Positions 20,786 through 28,224 of a stretch of 64,000 nucleotides of DNA are shown piece after piece. The translations under genes and the position numbers were made by a program. A model generated the notes under the pieces. It made no database searches. It was not told the origin of the DNA and saw only the letters and a program-made list of their open reading frames with translations. Origin of the DNA: Syntrophales bacterium (GTDB lineage Bacteria; Desulfobacterota; Syntrophia; Syntrophales; UBA2210); the NCBI GenBank assembly GCA_963662405.2, contig CAXXKT010000001.1, positions 1 to 64,000 on the forward strand, written 5' to 3'. The stretch's first letter is position 1. Every line of letters starts with the position of its first letter.

Positions 20786-20842
20786 CCTGAACGAAATTCT
20801 CAGCGGCGAGTGAAACGAGTCCGCTGAAGAAAAATATTGGCT
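20786..20842 (-). other. attC site of the vapBC cassette (R'' AAC changed to AAT)
   Basis: AGCCAAT-ATTTT-TCTTCAGC...GCTGAGA-ATTTC-GTTCAGG. Confidence 0.7.
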
Positions 20843-20844
20843 CA

Positions 20845-21228
20845 TCATTTTTTATATGCCGGCTTCAAGGCCTTGAACATTGGGTAGTGTTTCACATTCA
20901 GTGTTTTCAGCTCGGCTTGTTCTACTTCAGCTGTTGCAGCCAAAATTGCATCAGCGAGTCCAACTCCATGTGACTTGCCGAAATCACGCTTGTAAAGCCC
21001 TCCTATCTTCGCAATCTCTGAGGTAAGAGGTACAACATGAAATAGAGAAATAAAATTGTCCAATACGGCCAACTCGTTATTACCTTTTACTCCGGCATAC
21101 AACTCTGCAACGACTATTGGGGAAAGGATGATTTGAGAGGAAAACTTATCAATAAACGCAATCGCCTTGTTATAGCCGCGTAAAAAGTCGATAAATATGT
21201 CGGTATCAACAAGAATCGAATTTGGCAT
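20845..21228 (-). CDS. vapC: PIN-domain VapC toxin
   Basis: LVDTDIFID, AELYAG, LADAILAATA, TLNVKHYP. Confidence 0.9.
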   Translation of the reverse strand: MPNSILVDTDIFIDFLRGYNKAIAFIDKFSSQIILSPIVVAELYAGVKGNNELAVLDNFISLFHVVPLTSEIAKIGGLYKRDFGKSHGVGLADAILAATAEVEQAELKTLNVKHYPMFKALKPAYKK

Positions 21229-21233
21229 AGTTT

Positions 21234-21464
21234 CTATCTATCCCATTCTGATCGGATTGCCCGGAAGTCGGGAAGGTCTTTACGATTTTTCCAAATTCCT
21301 GCTGCTTTTTTGAGTGCCGTCTTTGTTTTATTTTGACCAGCTTGGTCAATAAGGCGATCCAAGGCCTCGCGAATGATTTCGCTTTGTTTCTTTCCTAAAT
21401 TCTTAGCAATTATAGCCAGTTCGGTACGCTGTTTGTCAGTCAGATATATTTGAGTTCGTATCAT
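21234..21464 (-). CDS. CopG/ribbon-helix-helix antitoxin
   Basis: MIRTQIYLT...SEIIREALD...AAGIWK..DLPD; directly upstream of vapC. Confidence 0.85.
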   Translation of the reverse strand: MIRTQIYLTDKQRTELAIIAKNLGKKQSEIIREALDRLIDQAGQNKTKTALKKAAGIWKNRKDLPDFRAIRSEWDR

Positions 21465-21477
21465 ATTGCCTCCCCCT

Positions 21478-21525
21478 TCACGATGTATACATCACACATA
21501 TACATCGTGAGTTGGAATTAGTCAA
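21478..21525 (-). promoter_or_regulatory. TA cassette promoter with palindromic operator
   Basis: TTGACT-N17-TATATG overlapping the inverted repeat TCACGATGTATA...TATACATCGTGA. Confidence 0.65.
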
Positions 21526-21582
21526 GACCAACGAAAAGCTCACTTGCCGGTGTAGGCGGCCAGGTGAAGTGTTTGGTTAGGC
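21526..21582 (-). other. attC site (copy 1 of duplicated unit)
   Basis: GCCTAAC-CAAAC-ACTTCAC...GTGAGCT-TTTC-GTTGGTC. Confidence 0.75.
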
Positions 21583-21646
21583 TAACTTTCTAATATTATT
21601 AAACACTCATAGATATAAAACCACAAATTTATTTTGATGAATTAAG

Positions 21647-21983
21647 TGTTGAGTGCCAGGACATCGTTTACGGTTTTATGTGCCAAGACATCGTTGACAG
21701 TCAGCGATATTATCGCAGTTTGTAGTCAAATTCCTCGACTTGGATTTTATCGAGGAAGAGTTTCAGTTTTTGTTCTTTGACATCGATAGTGGCAACCACA
21801 TATTCAAATATTGTCTCAGGTGGAACGGGAAAACATTCTCCAAAAATGTCTATTTTGAGATCGCTCCTGATGAGCCGCACGACGTGATATCTTCCTGTCA
21901 GGGGTTTCTTTAATCGGTGTGTGGGAGGATTATCGTCCGCCGGAAACCGGAGTTTGGTATGTGCGGCTGAAAGTGCCTTGGAA
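21647..21983 (-). mobile_element. IS481-like transposase C-terminal fragment and element end
   Basis: ...GRYHVVRLIRSDLKIDIFGE...YVVATIDVKEQKL...*; TGT end with repeated GTGCCARGACATCGTT motifs. Confidence 0.5.
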
Positions 21984-22626
21984 TTCCGGGGACACCTTAC
22001 TTATCTCTCTTTTTAGGTCCAGGTTTTTGAGGTTTAAGCCTTCGGCCTAAAAGGTGTTCCATTGTCCCAATAAAAGAATCAGTTCCTAAGGGCCGACCGG
22101 TTCATTCGTGTTTTCTAAATAACGCTATTTCCTGATCCTGAGCATCAAAGGACAAGAAGTCTTCCCAAGGCTCTTTTACTATTTCCAGCAATGGCTTTGT
22201 TTTTACAAGAATATCATCTTTACCTTTCATATGTGGTCTGGCACTACTCCATTGCCAGTCTTCAGGCTTTTTTACCAAGCCCGCCTTGACCGGATTTAAT
22301 TCTACATATCTCGTACATGCCAAGAGATACCCCTCATCCATGATAAAAAATGAAAGCCTTCCCTGCTATAAGTGCCCACGCCATCCTTCACGAAAATTGA
22401 TCCGTCTTGTGTATCTTCTGTGCGCTCCACCAATTGCCTGATTCAAACCTTCCTTTGTTTCAGATACAATAATCAATCGTTGAAAAATGTGTGCTTCTGC
22501 CTGTTTTCTTAGTGTGTTACATGATGCGGGATTCCCGGCGCTATTGCTCTTGCTATTCGTGCCATGTTTAGAATCAATCAAACTGGCTGGCTTTTGTCAA
22601 TAATTAAGTAAGGTGTCCCCGGAACT
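21984..22626 (-). mobile_element. RAYT (Y1 HUH transposase) pseudogene, 21997-22565, flanked by 20-bp inverted repeats
   Basis: MARIARAIAPGIPHHVT*, HRRYTRRINFREGWRGHL*QGR, RYVELNPVKAGLV..PEDWQWSS, TGRPLG; IR TTCCGGGGACACCTTACTTA at both ends. Confidence 0.85.
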
Positions 22627-22633
22627 CTACTTA

Positions 22634-23317
22634 TTAGTCTCTTGGATATTCCAAAATATTGATACCTTCTCTAGTTAGTTCATTCAATGCGTTGTTGGCG
22701 ATCCATTGAGCACTTTTTGAGTTTATCTTTTTTATTTCTTTAGCTGTTGCAATTGCTTTCCTGTTTAAATTAGAATTTCTTTTGCCTATTTGTCGTAGCG
22801 CCCAATTTACAGCTTTCTTAACAAAATTTCTTTCATCCGTCGATTCTTGCTTGATAATAGGGAAAAATTTTTCGAATTTTTTGTCATTGCTTGACTTATC
22901 ATGAAATACAAGGTGTGCCATCAAGGTGAAAGCCGCTCTCTTTTCATATTCGTTTTCACGTTTGCACCATTCAAATACTTTCTTGTACGCAAAAGGAGTT
23001 TTTACAAATAAAGAACTGCAACAGATATCACAGATATCCCAAGAATCGAATTGTTTCAACCACTTCTCCATTTGTGATTCTGTTACTCTTGCCGGTTCGT
23101 CGATAATACTGGCAAGTTTTTTTGCTTCATGAATGTCTGAATCATATAATTTCAATGCAAGAGCGTGGTCTATACCAATTTCTTGTGCCATTTTTCTTAA
23201 ATCTTTCACCATTATTCCGTAGGCATTTTTTGCTAAACTTCCTCGATTACGTTTTCCCTCGGCGATTTGAGGATTAGCTAATTTTTCTAATTGTTTCAAT
23301 ATTTTTGAATGATTCAT
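22634..23317 (-). CDS. DNA alkylation repair protein (AlkD-like, cassette gene)
   Basis: FDSWDICD, KRAAF, DERNFVKKAVNWALRQIGKRN; ATG just after attC R'. Confidence 0.85.
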   Translation of the reverse strand: MNHSKILKQLEKLANPQIAEGKRNRGSLAKNAYGIMVKDLRKMAQEIGIDHALALKLYDSDIHEAKKLASIIDEPARVTESQMEKWLKQFDSWDICDICCSSLFVKTPFAYKKVFEWCKRENEYEKRAAFTLMAHLVFHDKSSNDKKFEKFFPIIKQESTDERNFVKKAVNWALRQIGKRNSNLNRKAIATAKEIKKINSKSAQWIANNALNELTREGINILEYPRD

Positions 23318-23323
23318 TTTTAA

Positions 23324-23380
23324 GTATAACGAAAAGCTCACTTGCCGGTGTAGGCGGCCAGGTGAAGTGTTTGGTTAGGC
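23324..23380 (-). other. attC site (copy 2 of duplicated unit)
   Basis: Identical to 21526-21582 up to the GTT; R' GTTATAC. Confidence 0.75.
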
Positions 23381-23541
23381 TAACTTTCTAATATTATTAA
23401 ACACTCATAGATATCAGACCACAAATTTATTTTGATGAATTAAGTGTTATGTCCCCCGAATTCCCATTAGCTGGTAAGATTTTTTCGAAAAAATCAATCC
23501 GTCCCCTTTTACTGCCTTTTGCTCTCATCTACTCTTACGTT

Positions 23542-24249
23542 TTAATAGAAGTTATACTGAAGGCTTAGAAAGAATGAGGCTATTTTCGGTTCTACCATGG
23601 TTTTATCAGAAAGAACGCCACGTATCGCATCGATCTGTGTTTCCCGATATCTGGTTTGCTCATATCCCATTTTTGCCGTAAATTGCGCCGTGATGTCATA
23701 GGCCAGCCCCAGTCCCAGTGTATACCCAAAAAGACGCCGACCGGCATTGTAATTGGTCGATGTGGGGGAAGACTTAACAAAATCAAAATCACCATAGGCC
23801 AGACCTAGCTTGCCAAAAACGGACAGGCCCTTATACAGATAGACCCCGGGCATCAGGTCCATACCCGCTGAATAATTTATGGTATTGGTGAATCTGCTTG
23901 AACCGGCTGACAACTCGAATTCACCATCATACACGTCAAAAGAAACCTGTCCCCCAAGGTAGAATGCCTCCCAGGGTATTTGATAGCCGAGGAACAGGCC
24001 ATAAGCATTGGCAGTGTACTTATTTTTGAACCGGGAGTCTTCCACGAGAGCCCCATTTGCCAAGCGGGTGAAACCGGTCTGCATATTGATATCCTGATTT
24101 CCGTATTTGAACCCCATAAAGACGTGGCCTGGTGTATTGGCATTCTCGCTGGCAGCATCTCCGGCATAAACAAGGCCTGGCGAAACGATCAGGGGTAAGA
24201 GAATAATTGCATAAACCGCAAGGCGAATGGATATCATTTGAAGTTTCAT
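23542..24249 (-). CDS. Outer-membrane beta-barrel protein
   Basis: Signal peptide, alternating beta strands (GLGLAYDIT), C-terminal LQYNFY. Confidence 0.75.
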   Translation of the reverse strand: MKLQMISIRLAVYAIILLPLIVSPGLVYAGDAASENANTPGHVFMGFKYGNQDINMQTGFTRLANGALVEDSRFKNKYTANAYGLFLGYQIPWEAFYLGGQVSFDVYDGEFELSAGSSRFTNTINYSAGMDLMPGVYLYKGLSVFGKLGLAYGDFDFVKSSPTSTNYNAGRRLFGYTLGLGLAYDITAQFTAKMGYEQTRYRETQIDAIRGVLSDKTMVEPKIASFFLSLQYNFY

Positions 24250-24309
24250 TGTATCTCCTATAAAAAGTCAATTCATGGAGAGCCTGTCAAACAGGCCCAT
24301 GGTTAAAAT

Positions 24310-25422
24310 TTAAACGGCCAAAGCATAACACCTCGCAACCTTACTCATCTCTACATATTTCGGGTCTGGCAGCATTTTCGATGGATCAAACGGCTCCCCC
24401 TTCTTCAAGATGGCATATACAATAGTGCTCATCTTTCGCGCCGTCGCTATTACGCTCTTCCCGGTTCCCTTGTTCTCTTTCATGGCTTTGTATTTGTACA
24501 TAAGCCAATATCCATCGGTTTTATTCCGAAGCCGTAGCATCCCCATTACCATTTGCACAAAAGCCGTCCTCAGTTCCACGGGGCCTCGCTTGGTAATATG
24601 ACCATGGCGAATGGTCTTGTTGGAGTTTTGAACCCATGGTACCAAACCGGCATGAGCAGCATACTGCTTGGCGCTCTCATATCGGTTGATGTCATCGGTA
24701 TAAGCCCGAATCGTCGCTGCTGTTATTATTCCAACGCCAGGAATCGTTTGCAACAGAGCAACATCCTCGTCTTCAGAAACAAGATCAGATAATACGCGCT
24801 CAAGTCCTTTGACCTCGGATGCAATTTGGTCTATTGTACCAAGAAGCGGTTTTACCGCTCGGGCAGCGTTTCCGTAACTCCTATGGTCCGCGAGACCGTC
24901 AAGGATTCGCTGCCTTTCTTTTTTGCTCTGCAGCTGTCCCCGCCGACTCTCTATCCCATATCCAAGCAATAAACCGTGTATCTGGTTTTTCAAGGATACC
25001 AAAGCTTTCACCAGAACAGAACGTGACTTGAGAAGCCTTCGAATGTCCTCGCTTTCCTGCGAACAAAGAATGGACTCGGGAAGCATATCTTTCTCAAGAA
25101 ACTCAGCCAATGTGCGGGAATCATGCTTGTCAGTCTTTTTTACTGACTCATTTACAACCTTGAATTTCAAGGTGTTCACTATCTTGACCTCAATCCCCGC
25201 CTTCAAAAACCGGTTGCGAAAGTGTCGGGTGTTCCCTGTTGATTCCACCGCTGCCGTGACCTCGTAACCGCCCTCATTCCAGTTGGACACCTTCATGATA
25301 AATGCCCGGTAACCTCGATCAGTCGTCGGGTAGATGCCCGACTCCTGAACACTCCGATCTTCACTCAAACAACAAACGGTAAACTGCGTCTTGTGAAGGT
25401 CAACCCCGATACTCATCTTCAT
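24310..25422 (-). CDS. IS110 family transposase (DEDD bridge recombinase)
   Basis: GVDLHK, VESTG, KTDKHDS, LQTIPGVG, AGLVPWVQNS, GHITKRG; SD GAGGAGG before ATG 25422. Confidence 0.93.
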   Translation of the reverse strand: MKMSIGVDLHKTQFTVCCLSEDRSVQESGIYPTTDRGYRAFIMKVSNWNEGGYEVTAAVESTGNTRHFRNRFLKAGIEVKIVNTLKFKVVNESVKKTDKHDSRTLAEFLEKDMLPESILCSQESEDIRRLLKSRSVLVKALVSLKNQIHGLLLGYGIESRRGQLQSKKERQRILDGLADHRSYGNAARAVKPLLGTIDQIASEVKGLERVLSDLVSEDEDVALLQTIPGVGIITAATIRAYTDDINRYESAKQYAAHAGLVPWVQNSNKTIRHGHITKRGPVELRTAFVQMVMGMLRLRNKTDGYWLMYKYKAMKENKGTGKSVIATARKMSTIVYAILKKGEPFDPSKMLPDPKYVEMSKVARCYALAV

Positions 25423-25429
25423 AGAACGC

Positions 25430-25625
25430 CTCCTCACATCTTGGACAGCGCCTGTCAGGTGAATTGGTCCCAATCTCCTATTCGATCTCGAAGATCATTG
25501 AATGTTGCGGCTACAGCTCTTCATTCTCCTTTGCGGTCTCGAAGACCAGTAAACATGTCGAACAGTAGCCTTGCTGCCCAAAACTATAAAGTTTCAAACA
25601 GTGTATCCCAATTCACAGCTCATGA
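25430..25625 (-). ncRNA. Putative IS110 bridge RNA
   Basis: Two TTCGA-capped hairpins (GGTCTTCGAGACC, GATCTTCGAGATC) flanked by segments matching target and donor junctions; closing stem GGCTAC/GTAGCC; ends approximate. Confidence 0.7.
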
Positions 25626-25913
25626 AGACTTTTTATCATTCCTCCTTTTAAAAGTTATGTGTTGTGTCCCTCGAACTTACGAACTTTTTAATAATTAAGT
25701 AAGGTGTCCCCGGAACTTGGAACTCTTAATGCTATCGCTACCGTTACATGCCAATATTAACAATAAGAAGATAACCCATAGTGTTTTTGTGATACCACTG
25801 AAAATATTTATTATTTTTGACATGTTAAGTTTCGAAATACTAAACATCAATAAAATACCTCTCCTAAATGGGGGTAGGGTTACCTATGGTGTCTTGGGGG
25901 CATCTCCCACCGC

Positions 25914-27089
25914 TCAAAGGGGAGAGTTTACAACCATTGCTAACAATCCATACATCATACTGAAAACCTTCTTATGAGCCAAGGAATGATTCCCAGCGGT
26001 AAACACAATCACCATATCCTGATCGGGATAAACAAAGATGCGCTGGCCGCCCCAGCCGTCCGCCACGGGTAATTCTTTTTTTTCACCATTTATTTTAATG
26101 GTATACAGCCACCACTGGTATCCATACCCTGTTAAATATAATGGATATAGGTTGATATGTCTTTTTGTTGCTTCTTCAACCCATCTGGCAGATACAATTT
26201 GGCGCCCCTGCCACTTACCCTTATTCGCAAAAACATATCCCAGTTTTGCCATATCCCTGGGACGAAGGGACAGGCCACCATCTGTTCTGAGTACTTCCTG
26301 TTTATCATCCCAGTACCCCCATTCATATTTTTGGATTCCCAGCGGCCCGAACAAATGCTTCTTGGCGAAATCTTTGACCTTCATATGCGACCTTTTTTCA
26401 ATGATTCGGCCCAGTAAGATGGAAAGTCCGCCATTATATGTAAATATTTCTCCCGGTTCTTCTGTTATCGGCCTGCTGAGAATGTACCGGATAATATTCT
26501 CTCTTTCCGGCCCCAGCATCTCCCAGTATGGATTTCTGCTGTCGCTGTACAGATATGTCGTCTCATCCCAGTCAAAACCGGCAGACATGGATAACACATG
26601 TCTCAGTTTAATCTTTCTGCCGTTATCACCAAGCAATTCCCTGTACTCAGGAAAAAAAGAAATAAGTTCTTCATCCGCTCCTTTGACCAGTCCCTTATCC
26701 ATGGCGATACCGATTAACGTGGATGTCACGCTTTTGGTCACCGACATAACACTATGCAGGTCATCACGGGTAAACGTTTTTTCACTTTTCATATAATCGC
26801 TACCTGTGAAATACTCTTCCAAAACGAGTTTCCCATTTTTAACAATCAGTATGCTATGAATATCTTTATAGTCATCATTTAAAATATTTTGAACAAGCTC
26901 AGCCAGCAATGTTTCATCGAGATTGACCTCTGAAAGAGTGGCTGTCTGCCATCCATCATGGATTTGCTCGGGCACAGTATAGTGATACAAAATCGCGGGA
27001 TCTCTTTTGACTGAAACACCGGAACAGGCTGAAACAAGAACTGTAAGAATAACAATGTACAATACTTTTTTTAGTCTTTCGATTTTCAT
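25914..27089 (-). CDS. Lipoprotein serine hydrolase (beta-lactamase class C-like fold)
   Basis: Lipobox VSAC; SVTK, FTYN, LRPRDMAKLG, YGYQWW, GWGGQ. Confidence 0.88.
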   Translation of the reverse strand: MKIERLKKVLYIVILTVLVSACSGVSVKRDPAILYHYTVPEQIHDGWQTATLSEVNLDETLLAELVQNILNDDYKDIHSILIVKNGKLVLEEYFTGSDYMKSEKTFTRDDLHSVMSVTKSVTSTLIGIAMDKGLVKGADEELISFFPEYRELLGDNGRKIKLRHVLSMSAGFDWDETTYLYSDSRNPYWEMLGPERENIIRYILSRPITEEPGEIFTYNGGLSILLGRIIEKRSHMKVKDFAKKHLFGPLGIQKYEWGYWDDKQEVLRTDGGLSLRPRDMAKLGYVFANKGKWQGRQIVSARWVEEATKRHINLYPLYLTGYGYQWWLYTIKINGEKKELPVADGWGGQRIFVYPDQDMVIVFTAGNHSLAHKKVFSMMYGLLAMVVNSPL

Positions 27090-27103
27090 GTTCTTTCCTT
27101 TTT

Positions 27104-27333
27104 TCATTCCTTCGGATAGCCTACTGTTTGAACCAGGACGACTTTTGGGTCGCTGTTCAGCTTCATGGCCTCGGCCAGTTCCTCCCGCTCGACATAACCG
27201 CGGACCACGGTGGCCAACCCGGCGGAAGCGCAGTAGAGATACACATTCTGGGAGATAAAACCGGTGTCTGCGGACGAATAGACAGTTGACTTTCATCGTC
27301 CATTCCAAAACTGAATTTCGAGTGATCAGCCAC
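27104..27333 (-). pseudogene. SagB/nitroreductase family C-terminal fragment
   Basis: VADHSK, frameshift, ADTGFISQNVYLYCASAGLATVVRG...QTVGYPKE*. Confidence 0.7.
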
Positions 27334-27357
27334 ATGTTCAGGGGACGCGCAGCGTCC

Positions 27358-27453
27358 GCTGAACACCAGCATAACCGGCCTTTTTCGCAGAGAGTAGAGA
27401 GCGAAGCGAACGAAACGGCGCGAGAAAGGTCCGAGTTTATGCATTTGTTATGT
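27358..27453 (-). other. attC site (96 bp) of cassette 3
   Basis: ACATAAC-AAATG-CATAAAC...GTTATGC-TGGT-GTTCAGC; R'' complements cassette core GTTATGT. Confidence 0.88.
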
Positions 27454-27488
27454 GTGATATGTAGATTCTCTAACCATTAATTTATCAT

Positions 27489-28224
27489 GGGTCTTGACTA
27501 GAACAGCACACGGAAATATGTTAAGAGTCTAGTCATGTCAATAAGTAACAAGTATGTAAAAAATTCCAAAATTTCAGAGGCAAAATTTAGAGAGATCGTG
27601 AAGTATTTTGCCTTCGATTTGGATGCTCAAACCATCGCTCTTTTAACAAAACTCAATAGAAATACGGTGAATCGATATCTGTCTTTGATTCGTCAACGTA
27701 TAGCTGATCTGTGCGAAGAAGAATCACCATTTCAGGGTGAAATCGAGGTTGACGAATCATATTTCGGTGCAAAACGTATCAAAGGGAAACGAGGCCGTGG
27801 GGCCGGGAGAAAAACCCCTGTATTCGGTATCCTGCAACGAAAAGGCAGTGTCTATACCGAAATCGTTCCCGATTGCGCCAGGAAGACTCTCCAGGCCATT
27901 ATCAGGGGCAAAGTTGAACCGAATAGTGTCATACATTCAGATAGTTGGAGAGGCTATGATGGTTTGGTTGACTTGGGATACAAAAAGCATTACCGTGTTC
28001 ATCACGGAGCCAATGAATTTGCCAGGGGGAAAAGCCACATCAATGGCATTGAATCCTTCTGGTCATTCGCAAAACGGAGGCTGATGAAGTTCCATGGTAT
28101 TCCACAATCAACCTTTTACCTGCATCTCAAGGAATGTGAGTTCCGGTTCAACAACCGTAACACCGATATCTATAAATTGTTGTTAAAGAACTTCAAAAAT
28201 AAACCGCTGTTCTAGTCAAGACCC
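27489..28224 (+). mobile_element. IS1595 family (IS1016 group) element, second copy
   Basis: Same TIR and length; 8-bp TSD TTTATCAT (27481-27488, 28225-28232). Confidence 0.92.
27535..28215 (+). CDS. IS1595 family transposase
   Basis: Protein identical to 18624-19304. Confidence 0.93.
   Translation: MSISNKYVKNSKISEAKFREIVKYFAFDLDAQTIALLTKLNRNTVNRYLSLIRQRIADLCEEESPFQGEIEVDESYFGAKRIKGKRGRGAGRKTPVFGILQRKGSVYTEIVPDCARKTLQAIIRGKVEPNSVIHSDSWRGYDGLVDLGYKKHYRVHHGANEFARGKSHINGIESFWSFAKRRLMKFHGIPQSTFYLHLKECEFRFNNRNTDIYKLLLKNFKNKPLF

Larger units (their letters stand above)
24255..25646 (-). mobile_element. IS110 family element inserted into a Shine-Dalgarno sequence
   Basis: CTCCT shared at both junctions (24255-24259, 25642-25646); subterminal IR ATAAAAAGTC; long structured upstream non-coding region. 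Confidence 0.85.

Noticed and set aside
24255..25646. IS110 element as an attC-targeting IS1111-attC member
   Set aside because: The reconstructed empty site is an RBS, not an attC hairpin.
15645..25717. CRISPR array formed by the GGGGAC repeats
   Set aside because: Irregular spacing, mixed orientation, and no cas genes in the window.
25914..27335. 473-aa version of the serine hydrolase
   Set aside because: The extension overlaps a nitroreductase fragment in another frame; the lipoprotein signal starts at 27089.
18615..28224. Composite transposon or inversion bounded by the two inverted IS1595 copies
   Set aside because: Each copy has its own matching 8-bp TSD, so they are independent insertions with no rearrangement between them.
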